A model generated the notes under the pieces. It saw only the letters and a program-made list of their open reading frames with translations, was not told where the DNA came from and did not search any database. From contig CAZXDF010000014.1 in the NCBI GenBank assembly GCA_964639345.1, forward strand, positions 1 through 35,811: a stretch of DNA of 35,811 nucleotides, written 5' to 3'. Numbering within the stretch: position 1 is the stretch's first letter; each line of letters opens with the position of its first letter. The stretch is from an uncultured candidatus Brocadiaceae bacterium. GTDB lineage: Bacteria; Planctomycetota; Brocadiia; SM23-32. A program made the translations under genes and the position numbers. Shown here piece by piece: positions 17,204 through 25,186 of the stretch.

Positions 17204-19259
17204 CGCCCTGGCCGCGCGGGAAGACGAGCAGAGGGTTAAGGTCGCATTCGGTGAGCTGCGGAAAACGGGCGGCAAGGTAACTCACGCGCAGTATGCAGTC
17301 CGCCAGGGCGTCCAGGTCGCCGGGCTCCCGCCCGCGGAAGCCCTTGAGCATGTCGCTACCCTTGATCTCGTCGATCATCTCCCGCGCATCCTCGGCCGTC
17401 AGGGGCGCCACGCGGAACGCCACGTCCTTCAGGAGCTCCACGTATATCCCTCCGAGCCCGAACATGACGAGCGGCCCGAACTGCGGGTCGCGGCTCATGC
17501 CCACAATCACCTCGGTGCCGCCCGTGACCATCTGCTGCACCAGCACGCCGTCGATCGCCGCGTCCGCCTTGTAGGCCCGCGCGCCTTCCATGATCTCGTC
17601 GTAGGCGGCCCGCACCTGCGTCTCGTCCGCCAGCCCCACCTTCACGCCCCCGGCGTCGGACTTGTGTAGGATGTCGTCGGAGGAGACCTTCATCACCACC
17701 GGATATCCGATCTGCGCGGCGGCCCGCACGGCAGCGTCCGCGCCCTCGGCCAGCACGCTCTCCGGCAGGGGCAGCCCGCACGCCTCCACAAGGCGGCCGG
17801 CGTGACGCTCACCGATGGTCGTCATGCCTCTCTCGGCCGCCTCGCCGAGCACCTGCTCGATCGCCGCCTCGTCGAACTCGAAAGCGGGCGGCTCCTGGGG
17901 CGTGGCCTCGGTCCACGTGCGAAAGCGATACATGGCGTCCAGGGCCGTGACGGCGCGCTCGGGGTGGATGTAGTTGGGCACTGACATGCGGTCGAGGATC
18001 TCGCACCCTTCCCCCGTGCTCAGGCTGCCCATGAAACAGGCGAGGACGGGCTTCTCGGTGCCGGCTGCCAGCTCTCCTATCGCCTCAGCCGTTGTCTCGA
18101 CCTCGGTGGTGGTCTGGGGGGTGAGGATCACGAGGAGCGCGTCCACGTTCTCATCCCCTATGGCAGCCTCGATCGCCACGCGATACATGGCCGCTTTGGC
18201 GTCCCCGAGCACGTCGATGGGGTTGTGGATGTTGGCGGCGGGTGGAAGCCTGGAGGCGAGGTATGATTCGGTTTTCTCGGCGAGCGCGGCCATCGTCAGG
18301 GCACACGACTCGATGGCGTCCGTGGTGAGGATGCCCGGCCCGCCGGCGTTGGTCACGATGGCGACGCGGTTGCCCTTCGGCGGCCCCTGGCGGGAGAAGC
18401 CAAGGGCGAAATCGAAGAAGGTGGTCACGTTGCGGGCCCTGACGACGCCGCACTGCGCGAAGGCGGCCTCGTAGGCCACGTCGGCCCCGGCGAGGCTGCC
18501 GGTCTGGCTGGATGCGGCGCGCGCGCCCGCAGCGGTGCGGCCGGATTTCAGCACGACCACCGGTTTCTTCTTCGTCACGCGGCCGGCGGCCGACATGAAC
18601 TTCGCCCCGTCGCTGATGCTCTCCACGTAGCCCAGGATGACCTCCGTGCTCTCGTCCTCGCCCAGGGCCTTGATCAGGTCGCTCTCGTCCACGTCCGCCT
18701 TGTTGCCGTAGCTGACGAAGCGCGATATGCCGACGTTCTCGCCGGCGAACACGTCCAGTACCGCGGTGCCGACCGCGCCGGACTGACTGAAGAACGACAC
18801 GTTGCCCGCCGGCGGCATTGTGGCGCTGAAGGAGGCGTTGAGGCCGGTCGACGGGCTGATCACGCCCAGGCAGTTGGGGCCGATGCAGCGCACGCCGTGC
18901 TCGGCGCAGCGGCGCCTAAGCTCGGCCTGAAGCCGGGCGCCTTCCTCGCCCGCTTCCTGAAACCCGGCGGAGATGACGATCACGCTGCTGCACCCCACAG
19001 CCGCGCACTGGCCGATCACGTCCGGCACGAACTTCGACGGGATCGCGATTACGGCCAGGTCGATACCCTTGCCGATGGCCTTCAGGTCGGCGTAGCACTT
19101 CAGCCCGAGCACCTCGTCGGCTTTCGGGTTCACCGGGTAGATCGGTCCCTCGAAACCGGCGTCGATGAGATTCTTGAGCGTGTCATGCCCCACCTTTCCG
19201 GGCGTGCGACTCGCGCCGACGACCGCAATGGAAGACGGTTGGAAGAAGTGCTCGAGCAT
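17133..19259 (-). CDS. acd: Acetyl-CoA synthetase (ADP-forming), fused alpha/beta (Acd)
   Basis: 708 aa. The CoA-binding N-terminus is 'SIAVVGASRTPGKVGH'. It has succinyl-CoA-synthetase-like ligase domains and a C-terminal ATP-grasp ('GYPVVMKVSSDDILHKSDAGGVKVGL'). Confidence 0.9.
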   Translation of the reverse strand: MLEHFFQPSSIAVVGASRTPGKVGHDTLKNLIDAGFEGPIYPVNPKADEVLGLKCYADLKAIGKGIDLAVIAIPSKFVPDVIGQCAAVGCSSVIVISAGFQEAGEEGARLQAELRRRCAEHGVRCIGPNCLGVISPSTGLNASFSATMPPAGNVSFFSQSGAVGTAVLDVFAGENVGISRFVSYGNKADVDESDLIKALGEDESTEVILGYVESISDGAKFMSAAGRVTKKKPVVVLKSGRTAAGARAASSQTGSLAGADVAYEAAFAQCGVVRARNVTTFFDFALGFSRQGPPKGNRVAIVTNAGGPGILTTDAIESCALTMAALAEKTESYLASRLPPAANIHNPIDVLGDAKAAMYRVAIEAAIGDENVDALLVILTPQTTTEVETTAEAIGELAAGTEKPVLACFMGSLSTGEGCEILDRMSVPNYIHPERAVTALDAMYRFRTWTEATPQEPPAFEFDEAAIEQVLGEAAERGMTTIGERHAGRLVEACGLPLPESVLAEGADAAVRAAAQIGYPVVMKVSSDDILHKSDAGGVKVGLADETQVRAAYDEIMEGARAYKADAAIDGVLVQQMVTGGTEVIVGMSRDPQFGPLVMFGLGGIYVELLKDVAFRVAPLTAEDAREMIDEIKGSDMLKGFRGREPGDLDALADCILRVSYLAARFPQLTECDLNPLLVFPRGQGVMALDARFALEGLSPRTNGSKHA

Positions 19260-19458
19260 GTCGGTCAGGCTCCTGGATGGAAGTGCAGCGCACCGGCATT
19301 ATGCCGCGGCATCATGCCCCCCGGCCGCATGGGCCGGGCGCCCGCTTCGGAACGCGTATACTATCACTGCCGCCTCGGGGCCGGCAAATGCCTTCTGTGC
19401 AAATGAAGAAGCCCGAATGTCGAACAGGCCCGTGGCCAACCAACAGCCACGACGCGGC

Positions 19459-19584
19459 CCACGGAATGCACGGAAAAGCACCGAAGTGAGGAGAACGGCA
19501 AGAACGTCGAAGAGATCCAAAGAGGCGGGACAAAACACAACAGCCCTTTGCATGTCCCTTCCGTGTCTTCCGTGTATTCCGTGG
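19459..19584. repeat. Inverted array of 3+3 heptamers (CACGGAA ... TTCCGTG) in the acd/thyA-like divergent intergenic region
   Basis: The left arm is CCACGGAATGCACGGAAAAGCACCGAAG (19459-19486). The right arm is CCCTTCCGTGTCTTCCGTGTATTCCGTGG (19556-19584). Heptamers are spaced 9-10 nt apart. The outer 17 nt are complementary with 1 mismatch. Confidence 0.55.
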
Positions 19585-19679
19585 TCAACGTCTCTCTCCG
19601 CGTCACCTTGCGCCCGCTCGCGGGGGCTGCTACACTGCCTGTGAGGGCAGTTTCCGGCGGTGCGTTTGGGAGGAGTGCT

Positions 19680-20591
19680 ATGAGCGATGGCCCCATTCGT
19701 GAGGGCCGATCAGCGACCGTTGCGGGCGAGGTGCCGGTGCTTTCCATCAGCGGCAGGACCGTGCCTGAGGCATGGGAGAAGGCCCTGCTGGCCGTGCATG
19801 AGCGCGGCATAGAGGTCCGCACGGAGTATGACAAGGACGGGGACCCGCCCAGCCTCGACGCGACCGTTGTGGTGGAAGTGCGCGAGCCCCTGGGCGAACC
19901 CCGCATCCACAAAAACCTGCCCTGCGGGCCGGTCGAACTGGAGGTTTACCGCCAGGAAGTCGTCGGCGGCATCCACGACCATTGGATCAGCCCGCGCGAG
20001 GGCAAATGGACCTATACCTACCACCAGCGGCTGTTCGCTTACCGGCCGCTGGAAGACCTGGAGAACCCTGAAAAGGGGCCGCAGTTCCCGCCGATTGACC
20101 AGGTGGATTACATGGTCCAGAAGCTGGCGGCGGCCCCCCATACCCGCCGCGCGCAGGCGATAACATGGATCCCGCACTGCGACCCCCCCACCGACCACCC
20201 GCCATGTCTCCAGAGGATGTGGGCCCGCCTCCTGCCCGTCGATGGGGAAGGCTACCGCCTGAACCTGAACACGCACTGGCGCTCGCGGGACCTGCTGCTC
20301 GCCTGGTTCATGAACGTCTATGCCCTCACCGACCTGCAGCGCCTGATGGCCGAGCGGCTCGAGAAGATGCTCGGGGAGCCCGTCCGCTGCGGGCGCTACG
20401 TTGACGTTTCGGACTCCCTGCACATCTACGGCAGCTACCGGGACGAGGAGTTGGCGGCCGAGATCGAGAAGATGAAGGACTCCCCCTGGGCCGAGCGGGC
20501 CTGGGACAGTGCGCTGCTGGAACCCATGTTCGAGGAGGCCCGGCAGAACCTCGCCCGCGACCCGGATCACTACGCCCGGGGCGGAGAGTAA
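19680..20591 (+). CDS. Thymidylate synthase-superfamily protein (divergent, methanogen/archaeal-type-like)
   Basis: I trimmed the ORF to the ATG at 19680, which has GGGAGGAG upstream. TS-fold landmarks are 'TRRAQAITW', the catalytic-Cys context 'HPPCLQRMW', 'WRSRDLLLAWFMNVYALTDL', 'DSLHIYG' and 'TYTYHQRL'. Confidence 0.65.
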   Translation: MSDGPIREGRSATVAGEVPVLSISGRTVPEAWEKALLAVHERGIEVRTEYDKDGDPPSLDATVVVEVREPLGEPRIHKNLPCGPVELEVYRQEVVGGIHDHWISPREGKWTYTYHQRLFAYRPLEDLENPEKGPQFPPIDQVDYMVQKLAAAPHTRRAQAITWIPHCDPPTDHPPCLQRMWARLLPVDGEGYRLNLNTHWRSRDLLLAWFMNVYALTDLQRLMAERLEKMLGEPVRCGRYVDVSDSLHIYGSYRDEELAAEIEKMKDSPWAERAWDSALLEPMFEEARQNLARDPDHYARGGE

Positions 20592-20603
20592 ACCCCCGCG
20601 CAC

Positions 20604-21329
20604 TCACCCGTCGGCCCGAGCCCCAACGATCTCCAGCACCTCGCGCAGGTCCTCGATCATGTAATCGGGCTGCGGGAGGTCCTCGGCGGGCTCATCCCCT
20701 TCCGCGCGCAGCCACGCCACCGGCATGCCGGCCCTCGATGCCCCGACCACGTCGGTGATCAGGCTGTCGCCGACGTAGAGCGTCTCCGAAGCGGCGGTGC
20801 CGGCCAGCTCCATGGCCCGCTCAAAGAGGCGGGCGTCGGGCTTGCTGTAGCCCTCTGCGCCGCCGATAACGCAGTGGTCCACCAGGTCCGCCAGCCCCAG
20901 GGCTCCGATGGCCTGGCGGCGCAGCAACGGGATGCCGTTGGTGATGACGCCCAGCTTCAGCTCCATGGTCCTCAGTCGCCGCAGCAGCTCCGGCACGCCC
21001 TCCCGAACGAACGAAAGCATGGTCATCCGCAGCGCCCTGTTGAAGGTGGCCTCCAGCTCGCGCGCGAGGCCGTCATCGTGAATCCCGTAGCCTTCCAGGA
21101 GCATCTCGAACCGCCGGCGACGGCCCACCGCCACGCGGCGCGCCAGCCCCGCCTCCACTACCTGGCCCAGCAGGGCGGCGTTGAACCTCAGGGCCAAGTC
21201 CGCGGGCTCTTCATCGGGCAGTATGGGCTCCAGCCTTTCGACGACCACGTCCATGGCCTGGCCGGCGCACGCAGCACTGTCCCACAGCGTGCCGTCCAGG
21301 TCGAAGAACACGGCCTTGAATTTCGACAT
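20604..21329 (-). CDS. HAD-superfamily hydrolase (phosphatase, subfamily IA-like)
   Basis: It has motif I 'AVFFDLDGTLWDS', motif II 'GVITNG' and motif IV 'YVGDSLITDVVGA'. Confidence 0.85.
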   Translation of the reverse strand: MSKFKAVFFDLDGTLWDSAACAGQAMDVVVERLEPILPDEEPADLALRFNAALLGQVVEAGLARRVAVGRRRRFEMLLEGYGIHDDGLARELEATFNRALRMTMLSFVREGVPELLRRLRTMELKLGVITNGIPLLRRQAIGALGLADLVDHCVIGGAEGYSKPDARLFERAMELAGTAASETLYVGDSLITDVVGASRAGMPVAWLRAEGDEPAEDLPQPDYMIEDLREVLEIVGARADG

Positions 21330-21448
21330 GCCTCACCGCCCCTGCCCTGCGGGTCGCTCAGCGCCGTTCGCTTGCCGGCTAGATTGTAGCGATGCCCGGG
21401 CCGGAAAGCCAGCGGTGGGTTGACCGGGGCGTTGATTTAGGCGCTATT

Positions 21449-21595
21449 GCAGAACCCGCGCCGTCGGCCCGAGGCCGAGCGAGAGCGTTGAGGACAAGGA
21501 GGCCGAAGCAGGCGATTCAAAGGCCAGAATCGCCGATGCAGGCCGACACAGGCTTTCGGCGCTCACAGCCGGCCGAAGCCAGGATGGGGTTTTGC
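21449..21595. repeat. Stem-closed ~150-nt structured repeat, copy A (upstream of tatA)
   Basis: The closing stem is GCAGAACCC/GGGTTTTGC. The internal hairpin is GGCGATTC..GAATCGCC (21511-21534). It shares blocks with copy B: CGTCGGCCCGAG, GAGCGAGA, GCAGGC..CGCCGAT.CAGG.CGACA, CAGCCGG.CGAAGCC and GGGTTT. Confidence 0.45.
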
Positions 21596-21672
21596 AGCAG
21601 CGCCTGGGGACGGCGGGCCGTCGGCGGCCCGGTGAGGCTGCGTCCCCGAAAGCCGCTTTCGCACGAAGCGGG

Positions 21673-21702
21673 TTTACAGGCGGTGCGCGGAGCGCGTATA
21701 AT
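21673..21702 (+). promoter_or_regulatory. Candidate sigma70-like promoter for tatA (TTTACA-18-TATAAT)
   Basis: The -10 hexamer is perfect and lies about 55 nt upstream of the tatA ATG. Motif match only. Confidence 0.35.
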
Positions 21703-21755
21703 AGGTGCGATTCACCCGCATGAATCCGACGGTGCATCGATGGAGGTAGCCAAGA

Positions 21756-21974
21756 ATGCTCGCGGTTTTCGGTTTGGGACATTGGGAATTGATAATCGTC
21801 CTGGTGATTCTCCTGCTTCTGTTCGGCAGGCGGCTGCCGGAGGTGATGCGCTCGATGGGCCGTGGCGCCAAGGAGTTCAAGAAGGGCCTGCAAGATGACC
21901 TGGACGAGGACGTCGAAGCGACCAAGGGCCCTAAGGACGACGCGGACGAAGGGGCCTCCGGACAAGCGGGCTAG
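21756..21974 (+). CDS. tatA: Twin-arginine translocase subunit TatA/E
   Basis: 72 aa. 'FGLGHWELIIVLVILLLLFGRRLPEVMRSMGRGAKEFKKG' is the canonical TM plus amphipathic helix. GGAGG lies 9 nt upstream. Stop is TAG. Confidence 0.9.
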   Translation: MLAVFGLGHWELIIVLVILLLLFGRRLPEVMRSMGRGAKEFKKGLQDDLDEDVEATKGPKDDADEGASGQAG

Positions 21975-22133
21975 GTTCTGTCTGAGAAGTCCGTCGTCGG
22001 CCCGAGAGCGAGCGAGACCACGCGGTTCGCGGAGCCCGCAGCAGGCATATCTTTAGATACGCCGATACAGGGCGACAATGAAACGCGCCGGTCGCAGCCG
22101 GTCGAAGCCCGATCGGGTTTCTCAGACAGAGCC
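21974..22133. repeat. Stem-closed ~150-nt structured repeat, copy B (immediately downstream of tatA stop)
   Basis: A 15-bp closing stem, GGTTCTGTCTGAGAA (21974-21988) with TTCTCAGACAGAGCC (22119-22133), has one G-U pair. The internal hairpin is GGCATATC..GATACGCC (22044-22063). It is homologous to copy A. Confidence 0.45.
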
Positions 22134-22206
22134 TGACCGGGGCGTCCGGTCGACCCATCCTGATTCGGCTTGGGGGCTGGTGTGTGTTCTCCCGCCGAGC
22201 CGACCC

Positions 22207-23544
22207 ATGGAGAGCGCCCCCATGAGCCTGCGAATCTGGAGGACGTCCCAGCCCGATTTCCCGGCGCTGCTCGATGATTTCGAGGGCCGACGCAGGGTGG
22301 CGCAAGGCTTCGATGCCGACGTGCGGAGGCGGGTCGAGAAGATACTCGAGGCCGTTCGCACCCGGGGCGACGAGGCGGTGCTTGAGTTCACGGAACGCTT
22401 CGACGGCTGCCGCCTGGAGCCGGAGACCATGCGCGTCGGGCCGGAAGAGGTGGAAGAGGCCCTGGCGAGCATCCCCGGGGCGCTCCTCGATGCGCTCAAG
22501 TACGCCGCCGAGCGTATCCGCACCTTTCAGGAATCCATCCTCCTGCGCGACCCCGCGCCCATTGAAACCGGGGGAAGGAGCCTGGGCATCCGATACCGCC
22601 CCGTGGACTCGGCGGGGTTGTGCGTGCCGGGCTTCACGGCGTCCCTGGCCTCCAGCGTGCTGATGAACGCCGTGCCCGCGGCCGTAGCCGGTGTGGGGCG
22701 CATCGTGATGATCACGCCGCCGAGCCCCTGCAGGGGGCCGCGCCCCTTCCCTTCCGTCTCGCCCGACCGCCTGGCCGCCGCGCACGTGGCGGGCGTGGGC
22801 GAGATCTACCGGGTTTTCGGCGGCCAGGGCGTCGCGGCCCTCGCCTTCGGCACCGAGACCATCCCGGCGGTCGACTTCATCGCGGGGCCCGGCAACGTCT
22901 ACGTGCAGTCGGCCAAGAAGGCCGTCTTCGGCGTAGTGGGCGTGGACATGATTGCCGGGCATAGCGAGGTGCTGGTGCTCGCGGATTCCAGCGCCAAACC
23001 CCAGTGGGTGGCCGCCGAGCTCATCAGCCAGAGCGAGCACAATGAGGGCAGCGCGACGCTGCTCACCGATGATGAGCAACTAGCCGGGGCCACAGCGCAA
23101 TGCGTCGACGAGCAGCTCGCCGCCCACAGCGGGGCGCGGGAGGCGCGCGATCATCTGGAACGCTCCGGCCTGGCCGTCGTGGCGGGGTCGATGGACGAGT
23201 GCGTGGAACTCGCCAATCGCCTCGCGCCGGAGCACCTGGTAATCATGACACGGGAGCCCGAGGCCCTCAGCGAGGGCATAAGGCACGCGGGGGCCATCTT
23301 CCTGGGTGACCGGACCCCCGTGGCCGTCGGCGACTACCTCGCCGGTCCCAGCCATTGCCTGCCGACCGGCACCACGGCGCGTTTCAGCAGCGGCCTGACG
23401 GCCAACACGTTCCTGAAATCCACCAGCCTGGTGCGCTACGACCGCAAGGCGCTCGCCGAGGACGCAGCAAGCCTCGAGGTCATCGCCGAAGCCGAGGGCC
23501 TTGAGGCGCATGCGCGGTCGGTCAGGTTTAGGCTGGAGGGGTGA
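22207..23544 (+). CDS. hisD: Histidinol dehydrogenase
   Basis: I trimmed the ORF to the ATG at 22207, with the ATG at 22222 as an alternative. 'IAGPGNVYVQSAKK', 'GHSEVLVLAD', 'SQSEHNEGS' and 'APEHL' follow the HisD pattern. Confidence 0.9.
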   Translation: MESAPMSLRIWRTSQPDFPALLDDFEGRRRVAQGFDADVRRRVEKILEAVRTRGDEAVLEFTERFDGCRLEPETMRVGPEEVEEALASIPGALLDALKYAAERIRTFQESILLRDPAPIETGGRSLGIRYRPVDSAGLCVPGFTASLASSVLMNAVPAAVAGVGRIVMITPPSPCRGPRPFPSVSPDRLAAAHVAGVGEIYRVFGGQGVAALAFGTETIPAVDFIAGPGNVYVQSAKKAVFGVVGVDMIAGHSEVLVLADSSAKPQWVAAELISQSEHNEGSATLLTDDEQLAGATAQCVDEQLAAHSGAREARDHLERSGLAVVAGSMDECVELANRLAPEHLVIMTREPEALSEGIRHAGAIFLGDRTPVAVGDYLAGPSHCLPTGTTARFSSGLTANTFLKSTSLVRYDRKALAEDAASLEVIAEAEGLEAHARSVRFRLEG

Positions 23545-23830
23545 ACATCCGACGAGTAACCGGGAGAGGCTGATTCCGTACGTAAGAAGGGCTGAAAAGA
23601 TTGGAGGGCGGGATCCTTCAATCCAATCCCACCTGTCAGACTCAGATCCGCTTCCAACCTCTTCAGCCCGACAACCAGTTTACCACATCTTGGCGAAAAA
23701 TCCACCCCTCCGGCAGATTTTTTTCGCTCGGCATGTGGCTTTCCCGCCCTCGCGGGCAATTTCGCTCTGCTGCTCACTCCGCGTAGCCGGATCCTGGCGT
23801 AAGGAGCGGCTCTGTTGAAAACCTCCCTCT

Positions 23831-23900
23831 GGGTAGCCCCCGGCGTCTCGCCGGGGGTGTCAGAACCGCCATGCGGCCGAGCGAGACGCCCGGCCTACCC
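23831..23900. repeat. REP-doublet (REPIN-like) palindromic element with GTAG/CTAC termini
   Basis: Sequence is GGGTAG-[CCCCCGGCG TCT CGCCGGGGG]-TGTCAGAACCGCCATGC-[GGCCGAGCG AGA CGCCCGGCC]-TACCC. The TCT/AGA loops match the 16116 element but the stem sequences differ. The spacer resembles the 5' part of repeats A and B. Confidence 0.6.
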
Positions 23901-24073
23901 AAACAGTGAGAAGGCGAGAACGGGTTCCCAACAGCAGTAAGGAGCGCAAATGGAGGGTGTAAAGGGGAGTTGCGCGTGAGAGCGATGCCCGGGGGGGCAA
24001 ACGGGTGCGATTTCGCTGCGCGGTGCGGGAATGTGGCACTCTTACCCCCTGGCAGGGCGCGACCGACATGGTG

Positions 24074-24102
24074 TTGACGGCCGGGCGCGCACAGGGTATG
24101 CT
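24074..24102 (+). promoter_or_regulatory. Candidate sigma70-like promoter upstream of the giant-protein locus (TTGACG-17-TATGCT)
   Basis: Motif match only. It would give a leader of about 200 nt or more containing small hairpins (CCGGGT..ACCCGG at about 24126-24144). Confidence 0.3.
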
Positions 24103-24379
24103 TGAGTCGCGGCCGGGGGGGCGAGCCGGGTCAGGGAAACCCGGGCGCGGGCTGCTCCACGTTTCTTGTGAACGAAAGTGGGCTCGGCGGCGTCTAACGG
24201 GATGATGATGGTCCCGGCAGACAGGAGGTACACGGGCGGACACCGGCAGAGCGGGGAGCTTCTGCTGATGACGGCCCTGCGGGCTGGAGGAGGGGGACTC
24301 ATGGCAGGACTTCGCCTTCGTTTCCGAGGCGCGCTACTCGGTCAGCGCACGGGAGCGCCACGCAACGGTCGAGGCGAGC

Positions 24380-25171
24380 TTGAAGTTCATCGCGGTCGAG
24401 GGGGGATGGCACGAGGTTCCCCTGATCCCTTCCGCGATCCCGCTTCGGTCGGTCGAGATTGGCGGGAGGAAGGCCTACGTCGAGCGGGGCCCCGAGCGCT
24501 ACGTGGGGCACTTCCACGGCAAGGGAGATTTCAGTATTCGTCTCGAGTTCGTGCTGGAGGTGGCGCAGCGGGGCCGCGAGCGCTCGATTGAACTGCCGCT
24601 TGCGCCCGCCGCCGGCTCGCGCGCGGAATTCCTGCTGGACGAGCCCGGCTACCGCGTCCGAACCACGCCCGAGGTGCCCATCGAGCTTTCCGCTGCGGCG
24701 GGCGGCACGCACGCAACGCTGCACGTCGGGGGCCTCGATTCCCTGACCGTCACCTGGCTTCCCGAGGAGATCGAGCCGGCGCCCGCGCCGGTGTTTGAAG
24801 CGACGGAACGCGGTATCATCGAACTGCGCGCGGGGGCTGCGCTGAGGGAATCCGAGTTCACCATCCAGGTGCGTCGTGGCGAACTGGCTTCTATGGACGT
24901 TGCCGTGCCGCCCGGCGTGGACGTGCTGAGCGTGCGCAGGAAGGAGCCTGCCTCCGAGCGCCGTGCCATGACCCCATCGGCGTTCACGCCGACGGCCGAC
25001 ATCGACGCCTGGCACATCGTGGAGCAGGCCGGAGAGCGCCTGATTCGCATGCGCCTCAGCAAACCGGTGCGCGGGGAGTTCATCTTCGCCATCGCCTCCG
25101 AGGAAGTGACCGGTGGGCCGGGAGAGGCGCTCATCCTGCGGCCCTTCCGAGTCGTGGGCGCGAGGCACTAG
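24380..25171 (+). CDS. Giant repeat envelope protein, copy 1, segment before in-frame TAG (N-terminal module + unit 1)
   Basis: This is the track ORF from the TTG at 24380. The frame is open from 24272, and similarity to copy 2 begins at about 24308. It ends at TAG 25169-25171. The 5' boundary is unresolved (see findings). Confidence 0.55.
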   Translation: MKFIAVEGGWHEVPLIPSAIPLRSVEIGGRKAYVERGPERYVGHFHGKGDFSIRLEFVLEVAQRGRERSIELPLAPAAGSRAEFLLDEPGYRVRTTPEVPIELSAAAGGTHATLHVGGLDSLTVTWLPEEIEPAPAPVFEATERGIIELRAGAALRESEFTIQVRRGELASMDVAVPPGVDVLSVRRKEPASERRAMTPSAFTPTADIDAWHIVEQAGERLIRMRLSKPVRGEFIFAIASEEVTGGPGEALILRPFRVVGARH

Positions 25172-25186
25172 GGCGGACGCCTTGTC

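Noticed and set aside
24085-24170. Possible c-di-GMP-I (GEMM) riboswitch in the leader of the giant-protein locus because of 'GCGCACAGGG'
   Set aside because: Only the short ACGCACAGGG-like string matches. The GGCAAA, GACGCAAAGCC and CCGGUAGGUAGC-type conserved segments are absent.
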